A stretch of 64,000 bases of DNA from an uncultured Bacilli bacterium. Lineage in GTDB: Bacteria > Bacillota_I > Bacilli_A > RFN20 > CAG-288. Position numbers and translations under genes: made by a program. This document shows, piece by piece, positions 9,029 to 18,558 of the stretch (the first letter of the stretch is position 1; every line of letters starts with the position of its first letter). The notes beneath the pieces were generated by a model. That model made no database searches. It worked only from the letters and a program-made list of their open reading frames with translations, and had not been told where the DNA came from. The DNA is taken from the NCBI GenBank assembly GCA_934725685.1, contig CAKVBX010000002.1, forward strand, positions 19,581 through 83,580, in the 5' to 3' direction.

Positions 9029-11770
9029 ATGGAATTGAAAAAGACATTGACCATGCCGAAAGGCAAATTCCCGATGCGTGCCAACCTCCCTTCCTGGGAA
9101 GGAAACATGGCAAAAGAATGGGATGAGATGAACCTGTACCAGCTGCTTTTGGATAATCATGATGCGAAGAAGCCGTTCTATCTTCATGACGGCCCGCCGT
9201 ATGCCAATGGAGAGATCCATGCCGGCCATGCACTCAACAAGATCGTCAAGGATATCATCATCCGTTCGAAGAATCTCGAGGGCTATTATGTCCCCTATAC
9301 TCCGGGCTGGGATACGCACGGCCTTCCGATTGAGAACTGCGTCACTAAATCCGGTGTTGACAGAAGAACGACAGCTCCTGCCGATTTCCGCAGGAAATGC
9401 AGAGAATATGCCCTTACCCAGGTCGATCGTCAGAGACAACAGATGCTCCGTCTCGGTGTTTTGGGTGACTATCACCATCCCTACCTTACACTGAACCGGG
9501 ATTATGAAGTCAATCAGGTCCGTGTCTTTGCCAAGATGGCCATGGACGGACTTATCTATAAGGGTCTCAAACCGGTCAACTGGTCCTGGTCGAGCGAATC
9601 TGCGCTCGCCGAAGCCGAAATCGAATATCATGATGTCACCGCAACCACGATTTATTTCCGTTTCCCGGTGGCTAAAGGAAATGAATTCGTCTCCGAAGGG
9701 GATGCCTTCCTCGTCTGGACGACCACCGGCTGGACCATTCCGTCCAACCAGGGACTTTGCCTCAATCCGAAATTTGTCTACGGACTTTATCATACCGAAA
9801 AAGGCGATTTCGTCATGCTCAAGGATCTCTCCGAGAACCTGAAAACAGAAGTCGGATTCGAAACGATGGAACTTCTGAAAGAGTTCACCGGCAGAGATGT
9901 CGAGGGAGTCTTAGTCCATCATCCTTATCAGGACCGACTTGTCCCGGTCTGTGTCGATGACTATGTTACTTCCGATTCCGGTACCGGCATTGTTCATTTA
10001 GGTCCTGGCCACGGCGCTGATGACTACCGTATCGGCAAAAAGTACAATCTTCCGATTATCTGTACGGTCGATCCCAAGGGCTATATGAATGAAGGGGCCG
10101 GCAAGGAAGTCCAGGGTCTGTTTTATGAGGACTGCTCCAAGAAAGTCATTGAGATTCTGAGAGACAACGGCAACCTGATCCGTACCAAGGATATCGTTCA
10201 TGCCTATCCGCATGACTGGAGAACGAAGAAACCGACCATTTTCCGTGCGACAGACCAGTGGTTCTGCTCCATCAGCAAAATCAAGGAGAAGCTCCTCAAG
10301 GAAGCTGACAAGGTCAACTATATCCCCAGCTGGGGCAAGGTTCGCTTTGAAAACATGCTCTCCGACCGCGATGACTGGTGCATTTCCCGTCAGCGTCTCT
10401 GGGGTGTCCCAATTCCGATCTTCTACGGAGAAGACGGTGAACCGATTCTCGACGAAAAGCTCTTCGAACACATCGAAAAGCTCTTTGCGGAACAGGGCTC
10501 CGATATCTGGTATGAAAAGACGGCGGAAGAACTTCTTCCGGAAGGATATACGAGCATTCATTCTCCTAGCGGCCACTTCACCAAGGAGAAGGACATCATG
10601 GATGTCTGGTTCGATTCTGGTTCTTCCTTCCTTGGAAGCGACATCGCCTTAGACCATCCTTTCCCTGCCGACATCTATTTCGAAGGCAACGATCAGTATC
10701 GTGGCTGGTATAACTCCTCCATCATCCTTTCCGTCGCCTATACCGGAAAAGCCCCTTACAAGAACATTCTCACCCATGGCTTCATTGTGGACCAGAACGG
10801 CGAGAAGTTCTCCAAGTCCAAGAAGAACGGTATCGATCCTGTCACAATCTGCAACAATTTCGGTGCCGATATTCTCCGTCTCTGGACGACGAGCATCGAC
10901 TATACGACGGCCGAAATCAAACTTTCTCAGGATTTGCTCAAAGTCTGCGCCGATCAGTACCGCAAGATCCGCAATACCTTCAAGTTCATGCTTTCCAATC
11001 TTCAGGACGACGATGAAGGTCATGTCTATGACGCTTCCTATCAGCCGGAACATCTCTCTCTGATGAACCGGATGATGCTCAACCGCCTCAAGGAAGTCCT
11101 CGCCCTCATGAAGAAGGGATATGACACCTATGACATCATGGAAGTCACGGATGCCGTCACCAACTTCTTTGTCAACGACCTCTCTTCTTTCTACCTCGAT
11201 TTCTCCAAGGATACCCTGTACTGCGAAGAGAAGGATTCCAAGATGAGAAGAGATACGCAGTATGTTCTCTTCCAGATTGTGAAGAATATCGCCATCGCCT
11301 ATTCCCCGATTCTCTGCTTCACCTGTGAGGAAATCTATCGTTCCCTTTCCATGGACGGAAAGAAACAGTCTATTGCTTTGGAAAGTTATCCGGAACTCGG
11401 TGAAATCGACGAAAAGCTCTCTGAGGATTATCGTACCCTTCTCGAACTGCGTTCCCATGTAAACAATCTGATGGAACCTGTCCGCAAGGCCGGTACCATC
11501 GGTTCCTCCTCTGAAGCGAGTGTTCTTTATATGCCCGCCGACAAGAAAGAGGAAGAACTCATCGACCTTCTCGGCGAAGGAGAACTCGAAAGGATTTTCA
11601 TCGTCTCCCATTTCGCCAAGAGTGAGGAAAACAAGGTCAGTAAGCATGACGGCGAACGCTGTGAACGCTGCTGGAACTATTTCGATACGCTCGAGACGGA
11701 TCAGGAAGGACATCATCTCTGCTCCCGTTGCCACCGTGTGGTGGAGAAGCTGGAAGGAGATGCCCAATGA
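9029..11770 (+). CDS. ileS: Isoleucine--tRNA ligase
   Basis: HIGH motif PPYANGEIHAGHALNK, KMSKS motif KFSKSKKN, WCISRQRLWG, C-terminal Zn knuckles CERCWNY / CSRCHRV. GGAGG lies 7 nt upstream of ATG 9029; the tracked ORF start 8999 has no RBS. Confidence 0.95.
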   Translation: MELKKTLTMPKGKFPMRANLPSWEGNMAKEWDEMNLYQLLLDNHDAKKPFYLHDGPPYANGEIHAGHALNKIVKDIIIRSKNLEGYYVPYTPGWDTHGLPIENCVTKSGVDRRTTAPADFRRKCREYALTQVDRQRQQMLRLGVLGDYHHPYLTLNRDYEVNQVRVFAKMAMDGLIYKGLKPVNWSWSSESALAEAEIEYHDVTATTIYFRFPVAKGNEFVSEGDAFLVWTTTGWTIPSNQGLCLNPKFVYGLYHTEKGDFVMLKDLSENLKTEVGFETMELLKEFTGRDVEGVLVHHPYQDRLVPVCVDDYVTSDSGTGIVHLGPGHGADDYRIGKKYNLPIICTVDPKGYMNEGAGKEVQGLFYEDCSKKVIEILRDNGNLIRTKDIVHAYPHDWRTKKPTIFRATDQWFCSISKIKEKLLKEADKVNYIPSWGKVRFENMLSDRDDWCISRQRLWGVPIPIFYGEDGEPILDEKLFEHIEKLFAEQGSDIWYEKTAEELLPEGYTSIHSPSGHFTKEKDIMDVWFDSGSSFLGSDIALDHPFPADIYFEGNDQYRGWYNSSIILSVAYTGKAPYKNILTHGFIVDQNGEKFSKSKKNGIDPVTICNNFGADILRLWTTSIDYTTAEIKLSQDLLKVCADQYRKIRNTFKFMLSNLQDDDEGHVYDASYQPEHLSLMNRMMLNRLKEVLALMKKGYDTYDIMEVTDAVTNFFVNDLSSFYLDFSKDTLYCEEKDSKMRRDTQYVLFQIVKNIAIAYSPILCFTCEEIYRSLSMDGKKQSIALESYPELGEIDEKLSEDYRTLLELRSHVNNLMEPVRKAGTIGSSSEASVLYMPADKKEEELIDLLGEGELERIFIVSHFAKSEENKVSKHDGERCERCWNYFDTLETDQEGHHLCSRCHRVVEKLEGDAQ

Positions 11771-12492
11771 AAGAGAAAATCAGAAAATACTTCAGTGAAC
11801 TCCCCGGAAAGACAAAAAACTACTTCCGCCATCTCAACTATCCCTTCTATCTTTCGATGATCTTCCTTGCCATCGGTCTCTTCTTAAGCGACTATTTCAC
11901 CAAGCATCTCGCCTACGACTATTTCCATGGTGCGGAAAAACCGACGAATACTACCATCATCCCCTATATCCTCAACCTCACGTTCACTGCCAATGACGGT
12001 GCCGCCTGGGGATCTTTCTCCGGAAAGATGTGGGCGCTCTGCGTCATTTCCATGATTGCATCCATCGCCCTCACCTTCAACCTGATCTTCCGTTTCGATA
12101 AGTACAACAAATGGATGACTGTCGGTATGGTTCTGATGGCACCAGGTGCCATCGGAAACCTGGTCGACCGCCTCGGCTGCCTAGCCGGTGCCGGCATCTA
12201 TAAGAATGGCGTCATCGATTTTCTTCAGTTCACGTTCTGGCCGAGTTTTCCAATCTGTAATCTTGCCGATTACTATCTGACCATCGGTGTCGTTCTGCTC
12301 CTTATTGGCTTTGTCCTCGAATTCCGCAAGGAATGGAAGGAGATGAAGGAAGAGGAGAAGAAGGAAAAGGAAGCCGAAGCTTCCGGAGTCTTCCAGGCCG
12401 AAGACGGCGTCAGTGGGGATGACATGAAGGAAAAGCTCCATCAGCTCGATGAAGAGAAGGAAAAAGACCGGGAGGAAAAGAAAGATGACTGA
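11767..12492 (+). CDS. lspA: Lipoprotein signal peptidase II with a charged C-terminal extension
   Basis: Motifs FTANDGAAWGSFSG and VIDFLQF..WPSFPICNLADYYLTIG. ATGA overlap with the ileS stop. Final ~55 aa are E/K/D-rich. Confidence 0.85.
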   Translation: MKEKIRKYFSELPGKTKNYFRHLNYPFYLSMIFLAIGLFLSDYFTKHLAYDYFHGAEKPTNTTIIPYILNLTFTANDGAAWGSFSGKMWALCVISMIASIALTFNLIFRFDKYNKWMTVGMVLMAPGAIGNLVDRLGCLAGAGIYKNGVIDFLQFTFWPSFPICNLADYYLTIGVVLLLIGFVLEFRKEWKEMKEEEKKEKEAEASGVFQAEDGVSGDDMKEKLHQLDEEKEKDREEKKDD

Positions 12493-13393
12493 GAAAGCCA
12501 CGGAAACGGGCCGCCTTGATGTCGTCCTGAGCCGCCTTTTCTCTCTGTCCCGTTCCCAGGCGAGCAAAGCCATCAAGAATGGATGGGTCAAAGTCGCCGG
12601 AAAGGTGATTGATTCCCCTTCCTTCAAAGTGACCATCGATACCGAAATCGACTATGAACCGAAGGAAGTGGAAAAACCGGCCGTCGAAAAGCCGAACCAA
12701 TCGGTCGAACTCGATTATGTCTATCGTGATGAAGATATTGCCATTATCAATAAGCCCCGCGGCATGGTTGTCCATCCCGCTCCGGGCCATAAGAATGATA
12801 CCCTTGTCAATTATCTCTTCGATGACGACTCCACCTTCGACTTCGATCCGGATGACAAAGAGAACATCCGACCTGGCATTGTCCATCGTATCGATAAGGA
12901 CACTTCCGGACTTCTCGTCGTCGCTCAGAATCCTGAGGCACAGAAGACACTCTCCGAAGAGGTGAGAGAAGGGGATTTCCACCGCAGCTATCTCGCCTTG
13001 GTGTATGGGAATGTGCCGGACAAACGCTTTCGCATCGAAGCACCGCTCACAAGACCCAACCACACCGAAAGAAAAGCGCTTGTCGATGTCTATAAGGGAA
13101 GAGACGCCATCACGCACTGTGTCACGTTGGGAAACAACGGAAAAGTCTCTCTTCTCAAGTGCACCTTGGAGACGGGAAGGACCCATCAGATTCGCGCCCA
13201 TCTTTCCTATATCGGTTTCCCGATTGTCGGGGATACTCTCTATGGAAGGAAAGAGGATAAGGCGGCGACCCAAGGCCAGGCGCTCCACGCCTATTCCCTC
13301 TCTCTGATTCATCCGAGAACGCTCAAGCGGATGACATTCTTTTCGCCGATTGATGATTACATGAAAGAATTGCTACGTCATTTCTATAAGTAG
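12485..13393 (+). CDS. rluD: RluD-type 23S rRNA pseudouridine synthase (RluA family) with S4 domain
   Basis: S4-like N-terminus RLDVVLSRLFSLSRSQASKAIKNGWVKVAG. Catalytic motif HRIDKDTSGLLVVA, plus GRTHQIRAH. Start overlaps the lspA stop. Confidence 0.85.
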   Translation: MTEKATETGRLDVVLSRLFSLSRSQASKAIKNGWVKVAGKVIDSPSFKVTIDTEIDYEPKEVEKPAVEKPNQSVELDYVYRDEDIAIINKPRGMVVHPAPGHKNDTLVNYLFDDDSTFDFDPDDKENIRPGIVHRIDKDTSGLLVVAQNPEAQKTLSEEVREGDFHRSYLALVYGNVPDKRFRIEAPLTRPNHTERKALVDVYKGRDAITHCVTLGNNGKVSLLKCTLETGRTHQIRAHLSYIGFPIVGDTLYGRKEDKAATQGQALHAYSLSLIHPRTLKRMTFFSPIDDYMKELLRHFYK

Positions 13394-13431
13394 AAGCTGC
13401 TTTGCTTCAGCTTCTTCAGAAAGGAGATAAG

Positions 13432-15303
13432 ATGAAGAAACAGATTTCTTATTCCTTAGTTTCCCTCCTTCTTGTCACCGCACTTTCTTCCTGCGGGGAC
13501 AACAAGAGCGAGGGGACGGAAAAGCCGACATCTCGCACAGAGACAATTACTCCCACAACGGACATTAAGAAGACGGAAGAACTCACGGAAGCGATGCTCT
13601 ACCGGGCATCAGCGGGCATTGCCGTCGAATCTCAGTTGGTCCGTTCCACCATCACCGATAACGGGGAAGTACAGATTGTCATGTACAATTCGTCTTATCT
13701 CGATTTCGAGACGACGATTGATGAATACGCCTACCGGCTTTATTCCGACCGCTATGATGACAAACAATATAAAGTGTCGGATCCGATTCCTTACGACAGA
13801 CTTCAGCCTTCAAGAAACACTGTTTCTTTGATGCGCGACTATGTCTCGGATTCCGAGGGCATGCTGATTGATAAACGAATCAGTGCGGATAATCACATTG
13901 TCCGCTCTTATGGAAGACTCGACGGAACCACGAATGAGAAGGTCGGAATCAGCTTCACGACTTCCGGCTTTTACAATCCGTTCTATTCCTTCACTGCTTC
14001 CGACTTCGTCAAAGGAGAGAAACCTTATTCCTTTGTCCTCGATATCGAGAACATGCAGGACCAGGCTTCGCTTCCGTTTGTCACCAGCTGTCTAACAGCC
14101 GGTTCTTCCGAAAGCGAGCTTCAGAGTCTGACACTCTATACCGATGGAACCGATATCACCTCCTATGAAGCGAAGATGACTCCGATTGCCAACACAGACC
14201 TCGTGCCCGGTTATACCTATACTTTCAACATGTCAGTCGTTGGAACGATTGTGGCGATGGGAAAGACCGATGAGAAAGTCACTGCCCATTTCCTCAAGGA
14301 AAAGGAAGGGGAAAAAATCGAAGAACTCGAATCCCTATTTCTCTCGCTCCGCAACGGAAATTACACCGAAAAGATCACTTATCATAGCCGTGATGACGAA
14401 GGGGACTTCGCCCATGATGCCGATAAGACTTATTTGAAAACGGATAATTCCATGGTTGTCCGTGCAGGCGACGGGACGATCGAAGAGGCCTATTATCTTG
14501 ACGGAAATAATAGAAAACAGAGACTCCGTTATCAGGATGGTTCGTTCTATAAGGATGGCGCAACCATCGTCAACGATTCCGTCAGTCCGACGTTCTCCCT
14601 TGATTCCCGCTTCTTTGCAAAAGACGGAGTGGACTATGTCTTCACGATGCTCGATAGTGGCATCGTGAGCCTCGACAGCGCCGATTTTTCCTCGCTCGGA
14701 AGAAAAGGAACTATCTCCGAACTCAGAATCACTCCGGAGAATAATTCCTATCGCTTCACCATGAAAGGAAGAGACAATAACGGGGGCGGTTTCACCAACA
14801 CCTCTCTCTTCTCCGAAATCGGAACGACAGAGAATGGCATCGATCCCGACAACATGAAGTCCGTGAATGACATGTCCTGGAAGGAACTACTTTCTTCTTC
14901 GGATTATGAGACGGCAAAGGAATTCCTTACTGAAGCCAAGTTCAATGCACTCCCGACTCTGAAGAACGGATACAGCGAAGTGACTGCCTCTCTCTATAAG
15001 GATTCGACGCTCCGCCTCGACTATAATGTCGGTAATTGGTTTGAACTTTTCGATGAAGATTCTAACCATGTTCCCTCCAAAACGGAGAATGAGAAGTATT
15101 ACACCTTCCGTGATGCTTTGTATCGAAGCTATGAAAAGGCACTCAGCGACACGGGCAAAACTTCTTCTCTCGAAGAGACAAAAGAAAACGAACATATCAC
15201 CGGTGTTACCATGCAGTATGACGGCTTCTCTCTCACGCTGAAAATCTTAGAGAAGGATATGGAAAAACGGGACATCACCTTCCGTATTTCCTTTACAAAA
15301 TAA
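13432..15303 (+). CDS. Lipoprotein, function unknown
   Basis: AAAGGAG RBS before ATG 13432. Signal/lipobox MKKQISYSLVSLLLVTALSSC. No recognisable catalytic motif. Confidence 0.7.
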   Translation: MKKQISYSLVSLLLVTALSSCGDNKSEGTEKPTSRTETITPTTDIKKTEELTEAMLYRASAGIAVESQLVRSTITDNGEVQIVMYNSSYLDFETTIDEYAYRLYSDRYDDKQYKVSDPIPYDRLQPSRNTVSLMRDYVSDSEGMLIDKRISADNHIVRSYGRLDGTTNEKVGISFTTSGFYNPFYSFTASDFVKGEKPYSFVLDIENMQDQASLPFVTSCLTAGSSESELQSLTLYTDGTDITSYEAKMTPIANTDLVPGYTYTFNMSVVGTIVAMGKTDEKVTAHFLKEKEGEKIEELESLFLSLRNGNYTEKITYHSRDDEGDFAHDADKTYLKTDNSMVVRAGDGTIEEAYYLDGNNRKQRLRYQDGSFYKDGATIVNDSVSPTFSLDSRFFAKDGVDYVFTMLDSGIVSLDSADFSSLGRKGTISELRITPENNSYRFTMKGRDNNGGGFTNTSLFSEIGTTENGIDPDNMKSVNDMSWKELLSSSDYETAKEFLTEAKFNALPTLKNGYSEVTASLYKDSTLRLDYNVGNWFELFDEDSNHVPSKTENEKYYTFRDALYRSYEKALSDTGKTSSLEETKENEHITGVTMQYDGFSLTLKILEKDMEKRDITFRISFTK

Positions 15304-15304
15304 G

Positions 15305-15901
15305 ATGGAGACAAAAATCACGGTACAGGGGGAAGGGACCTATTCTCTTCCTGTGGATACGATGTCGTTTCAGTTCGAACTCTCTGTTTTCGACGAGGAT
15401 GGAAAGAACCTGAAATCCAGGAAGGACAAAGCGTTCTCTGATTTCCTTGCAGGTCTTGAGAAGCTGTCTCTAAACGAGCCTCCGGCCTATGTCGCAACGG
15501 AAATTCAGAAACAGTACCGGAGGCAAGATGGCCTCGAAATCTTCCTCGGATATCAGATGAGAGATACCTACCGCCTCAACCTTCCTCTTGACTTATCCTT
15601 GGCTTCTTCCCTCTTTGCTTTTACTGGCAATGCGGAAGCCACGGAGCTCACTGTCAGCTGCTCTTTCCTCTCTTCGAAGAAAGAGGAAGGAGAGAAAGCT
15701 GCGATGCTTCTTGCCTTGAAATCAGCAACTGACAAGGCAGAGCGCCTCGCTGAGAGTCTTGGTAAGAACATTGACGATGTCCTGGATATCAAAGTCCTGA
15801 ATCATGGGTTTTCGATGCTTTCCATGGCTAAATACTCTGATGCCCATGTCGAAGATGCTTCTTTTACTGCCGAAGTGGAAGCATTGTTTTTAGCGAAATA
15901 A
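15305..15901 (+). CDS. SIMPL/DUF541-like protein
   Basis: Pattern ITVQGEGTYSLPVDTMSFQFELSV ... GYQMRDTYRLNLPLD ... ALKSATDKAERLAESLGKNIDDVLDI ... FTAEVEALF matches the SIMPL fold family as I recall it. No signal peptide. Starts 1 nt after the upstream lipoprotein stop. Confidence 0.5.
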   Translation: METKITVQGEGTYSLPVDTMSFQFELSVFDEDGKNLKSRKDKAFSDFLAGLEKLSLNEPPAYVATEIQKQYRRQDGLEIFLGYQMRDTYRLNLPLDLSLASSLFAFTGNAEATELTVSCSFLSSKKEEGEKAAMLLALKSATDKAERLAESLGKNIDDVLDIKVLNHGFSMLSMAKYSDAHVEDASFTAEVEALFLAK

Positions 15902-15910
15902 GGAACGATG

Positions 15911-15955
15911 ACAACATAAAAAGAAGAGGACTCATTCCTCTTCTTTTTATGTTGT
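15911..15955. terminator. Bidirectional terminator (perfect 20-bp stem)
   Basis: ACAACATAAAAAGAAGAGGA-CTCAT-TCCTCTTCTTTTTATGTTGT between convergent genes. Confidence 0.85.
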
Positions 15956-15959
15956 CTTC

Positions 15960-16850
15960 TTAGGCTAATAACCGGTTGACGGGATTAATTTCCTTATCTG
16001 GGTATGTCAGGGAAGAAACCGTGAAATGGTCGGCACACTCAAAGATTGTGATTTTTGCTTCTCCTCCTGTTTAGTTGATTGCATCGACAAATCCGATGGA
16101 GGCATTCGGGAAAACGATGGTATCGGCAAAACCGACAAAGGCTCAAATCGGAAGTCCTTTCAGCGCAGCCACATTTGCATCGGTTATTTTGATGTTTTCG
16201 GAAAGGAGCGCAATTCTTGAGAACAGAGAAGGATAGGTGAAGGCGAGACTATAAGTTCCTGTTTCGCCATGCTGTATCCGGACAAAGCAATCTTTGCTTT
16301 GTCGCTGACGTATCGGGAAGAGGTTGCCTGAATCAAGTCGTAGACTGCACTTGTCGCATTCTGCCATCCTTTCTGCGAAGAGGGCAGCTGTGGAATGATG
16401 ACATAGGCAGATAGTCACCGAGTGTCCCTTCTTTCAGATATCTCGGAAAACCATAGGCATCGGTAATCAGGCTCAGATTATCTTCTTTTCCGCTTCCACT
16501 ATGAAGATAGACAAGAAGCGCGGCATGTTTCCTTTCGGAGAGACCGGTGCATAGAACCAGTATTTCATTTCCCCGATGGATTCTGTCTTGATCGTGCAGG
16601 CCTGAAGGAGGAAGCAGAAGCTGCTGTTTCTGTTGTAGAATCTTCCGTGAATCCAGTATCGGGAGCGGTGCCTTCCTCCTTGCTGTAAATATCGGATTCG
16701 ACTCCGGTTTGCGTAATCCTCTCCGTGTTATTCTCAGCTTCGGTAGAGTTCTTTTTTCTGACAGCCTGTGAAGAAGAACGCTGCAGTCAGAAAAAGTGAG
16801 AGACTGAGTTTTGCTTTTGTTTTACTGTCCTTGAAAACGGTTACATAATT
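15960..16850 (-). pseudogene. Decayed lipoprotein esterase (alpha/beta hydrolase, phospholipase/carboxylesterase-like)
   Basis: Minus-strand pieces in four frames join into one protein: ..KTKAKLSLSLFLTAAFFFTGC QKK | NSTEAENNTERITQTG..TETAASASS | GNEILVLCTGLSERKHAALLVYLHSGSGKEDNLSLITDAYGFPRYLKEGTLGDYL | YVIIPQLPSSQKGWQNATSAVYDLIQATSSRYVSDKAKIALSGYSM | (G)ETGTYSLAFTYPSLFSRIALL...KGLPI*AFVGFADTIVFPNASIGFVDAIN*TGGEAKITIFECADH. There are at least 4 frameshifts, in-frame TGA at 16143-16145 and TAA at 16071-16073, and no ATG in front of the signal peptide. Confidence 0.8.
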
Positions 16851-17143
16851 TTAGTTTAATGGAATTTGATGACGGCTTTTCTGGATTTGGAAACTGAAGG
16901 CTTCATTGAAGGGTCTTATGAGACCTGCTATTATGAATTTTCAGGAAGGCTGTTTATCAAAGTGAACGTTTCTATCTGCTCTTAGTTTTCCCTTTTTTTC
17001 TGCCAATCCGGTTGTCATTAAGGGAAAGATATCGCAGGCTGACCGCATCTGTCAACGGGGTGATTTATCGCGGTATTTAGTACGTTCGAAATGAAACATC
17101 ATTTTTGATTCTCTTTGATTTGAATCCAAAATATCCGGAAATC

Positions 17144-17170
17144 AAAAAAATAGGAAGAAAACTTCCTATT
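17144..17170 (-). terminator. Rho-independent terminator overlapping the stop codon of the 124-aa gene
   Basis: Minus strand AATAGGAAG-TTTT-CTTCCTATT followed by TTTTTTT. Confidence 0.8.
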
Positions 17171-17540
17171 TTTTATCGGTATCAAGAATTTCGATTTTGG
17201 AAATATTATTCAGCTTCGGAGGATAGACAAGAGAGACGGATCCGTCATAAGTGACACGGAGTTTATCTCCTTCCTTGATGTCATGGAAGGTCTTCTTTTC
17301 GCCTTTCTTATAATAGACGATATTCGCATCATCGGCATCGAAGGAGTAGAAATAGTCCTCGGTTCCGGTGTTCTGGACATTGATTCCCCAAAAATCATTG
17401 ACATTTGTGTAAGTTCCGGTAATCTGGAAGGTATTGTTCTTCTCGATTTCCATGCCTTTCAGTGTTCCATTCTCTTTGTCTCGGGAGCGGGAGAATCCGC
17501 TGACGAGCGATAGCGTTGCAAACAGAAGGTCGTTTTTCAT
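17166..17540 (-). CDS. Small secreted protein, DUF3221/YobA-like
   Basis: Hydrophobic N-terminus MKNDLLFATLSLVSGF. C-terminal pattern GDKLRVTYDGSVSLVYPPKLNNISKIEIL resembles the DUF3221 signature (..tG.i.eSYPaq....I.i) from memory. AGGAGG RBS present. Confidence 0.45.
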   Translation of the reverse strand: MKNDLLFATLSLVSGFSRSRDKENGTLKGMEIEKNNTFQITGTYTNVNDFWGINVQNTGTEDYFYSFDADDANIVYYKKGEKKTFHDIKEGDKLRVTYDGSVSLVYPPKLNNISKIEILDTDKK

Positions 17541-17578
17541 GCGTATTCTCCTCCTTGCAACATTATAGACTATTCTCT

Positions 17579-18532
17579 TTACCTTTCATAGTTGGAGAAG
17601 AACCTTTTGACATATTGATCCAGTTCCTCTTTCTGCTTTGTGTTTTTCAGCCGGTGAAAGGCACTGTCTACCTGGGCACCGGCCCCCTTGGGGATGGCGA
17701 CACCAAGTTTTTTCTCCATCGTTTCCCATTCTTTGAGGAAGGTGTAACGGGCGATGACGGAAGCGGCTGCCACGGAAGGATAGAAGGATTCCCCTTTGGT
17801 ACGGAAATAGATCGGATTGGTCACAATCTCGTTGCCGACAAGTTTACGGTAGTCCTTTTCCGGTGTGAACTGATCGACATAGATGATGATCTCACTATCG
17901 ATATGATACTTTTCCATTAATCCCTTCTGGGCGAGATTGTGGCATTTTGCCATGGCCTTGTGAATGTTGAAATGGTTTGCGGCAAGGTCGGACAGTTTCT
18001 TTGCCGATACCATGACTACATAGTTCTTGATTCTCCGTTTGATGGTTGGACCGATGGAGAGAATGTAGGGATCCTTCATCTTTTTGGAATCGTTGATCTG
18101 ATATTTCTCAAGGAAGGCGATATCCTCTCTCCCGACAAAGGTGGCACAGACAATCAAAGGACCGAAGAAGTCGCCGACACCGACTTCATCGCTTCCGATC
18201 TGGCTTCCGTGATCTTCCCAACTGAGGAAGTACTCCCCTTTCTCTGCGGTGATAGGGGAACTTACCTGTGTCACAATCGGATCCGGGTCGAAATATCTCG
18301 CTTCATCCACCGCCGATTCCTCTTCGGAGGAGAAGACGATGGTATAGATTTCTTTCTTATTCTTATAGGCGTGGATGGTGACATCCCCCTTTTTCATGAG
18401 AAAATATTCATAGGGTAGTTGTTCGTCGGTAATCTCTTTGGCCTGATAGAAGTTTCTGATTTCTTCCGCCTTGGCTCTGTCAGTTTTGATTTTAGCGTAA
18501 TACATAAGATAAGTATAGCAAACTGGCGACAC
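17579..18532 (-). CDS. rnhC: Ribonuclease HIII
   Basis: N-terminal DUF3378-like domain (VTIHAYKNKKEIYTIVF) and RNase H motif GSDEVGVGDFFGPLIVCA, plus DSKK. Start is either GTG 18532 (AGAGAGGA SD 5 nt upstream) or ATG 18505 (MYYAKIK, directly behind TGCTATACT). Confidence 0.85.
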   Translation of the reverse strand: MSPVCYTYLMYYAKIKTDRAKAEEIRNFYQAKEITDEQLPYEYFLMKKGDVTIHAYKNKKEIYTIVFSSEEESAVDEARYFDPDPIVTQVSSPITAEKGEYFLSWEDHGSQIGSDEVGVGDFFGPLIVCATFVGREDIAFLEKYQINDSKKMKDPYILSIGPTIKRRIKNYVVMVSAKKLSDLAANHFNIHKAMAKCHNLAQKGLMEKYHIDSEIIIYVDQFTPEKDYRKLVGNEIVTNPIYFRTKGESFYPSVAAASVIARYTFLKEWETMEKKLGVAIPKGAGAQVDSAFHRLKNTKQKEELDQYVKRFFSNYER

Positions 18533-18558
18533 GGGAGTCCTCTCTTTGTGGTAAAATC
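18413..18558. repeat. Left copy of the 146-bp target-site duplication flanking the IS
   Basis: By eye, identical base for base to 20717-20862. Contains the rnhC 5' end and upstream region up to the mutS2 -10 element. Confidence 0.95.

Noticed and set aside
16143-16145. TGA at a position where Trp is expected (LPI*AFVG) raised the possibility of genetic code 4 (TGA = Trp).
   Set aside because: TGA clearly terminates many well-defined genes here (ileS, lspA, mutS2, pstS, miaB and others, several with ATGA coupling). Conserved Trp residues such as WCISRQRLWG in IleS are TGG. This is a nonsense mutation in a pseudogene.
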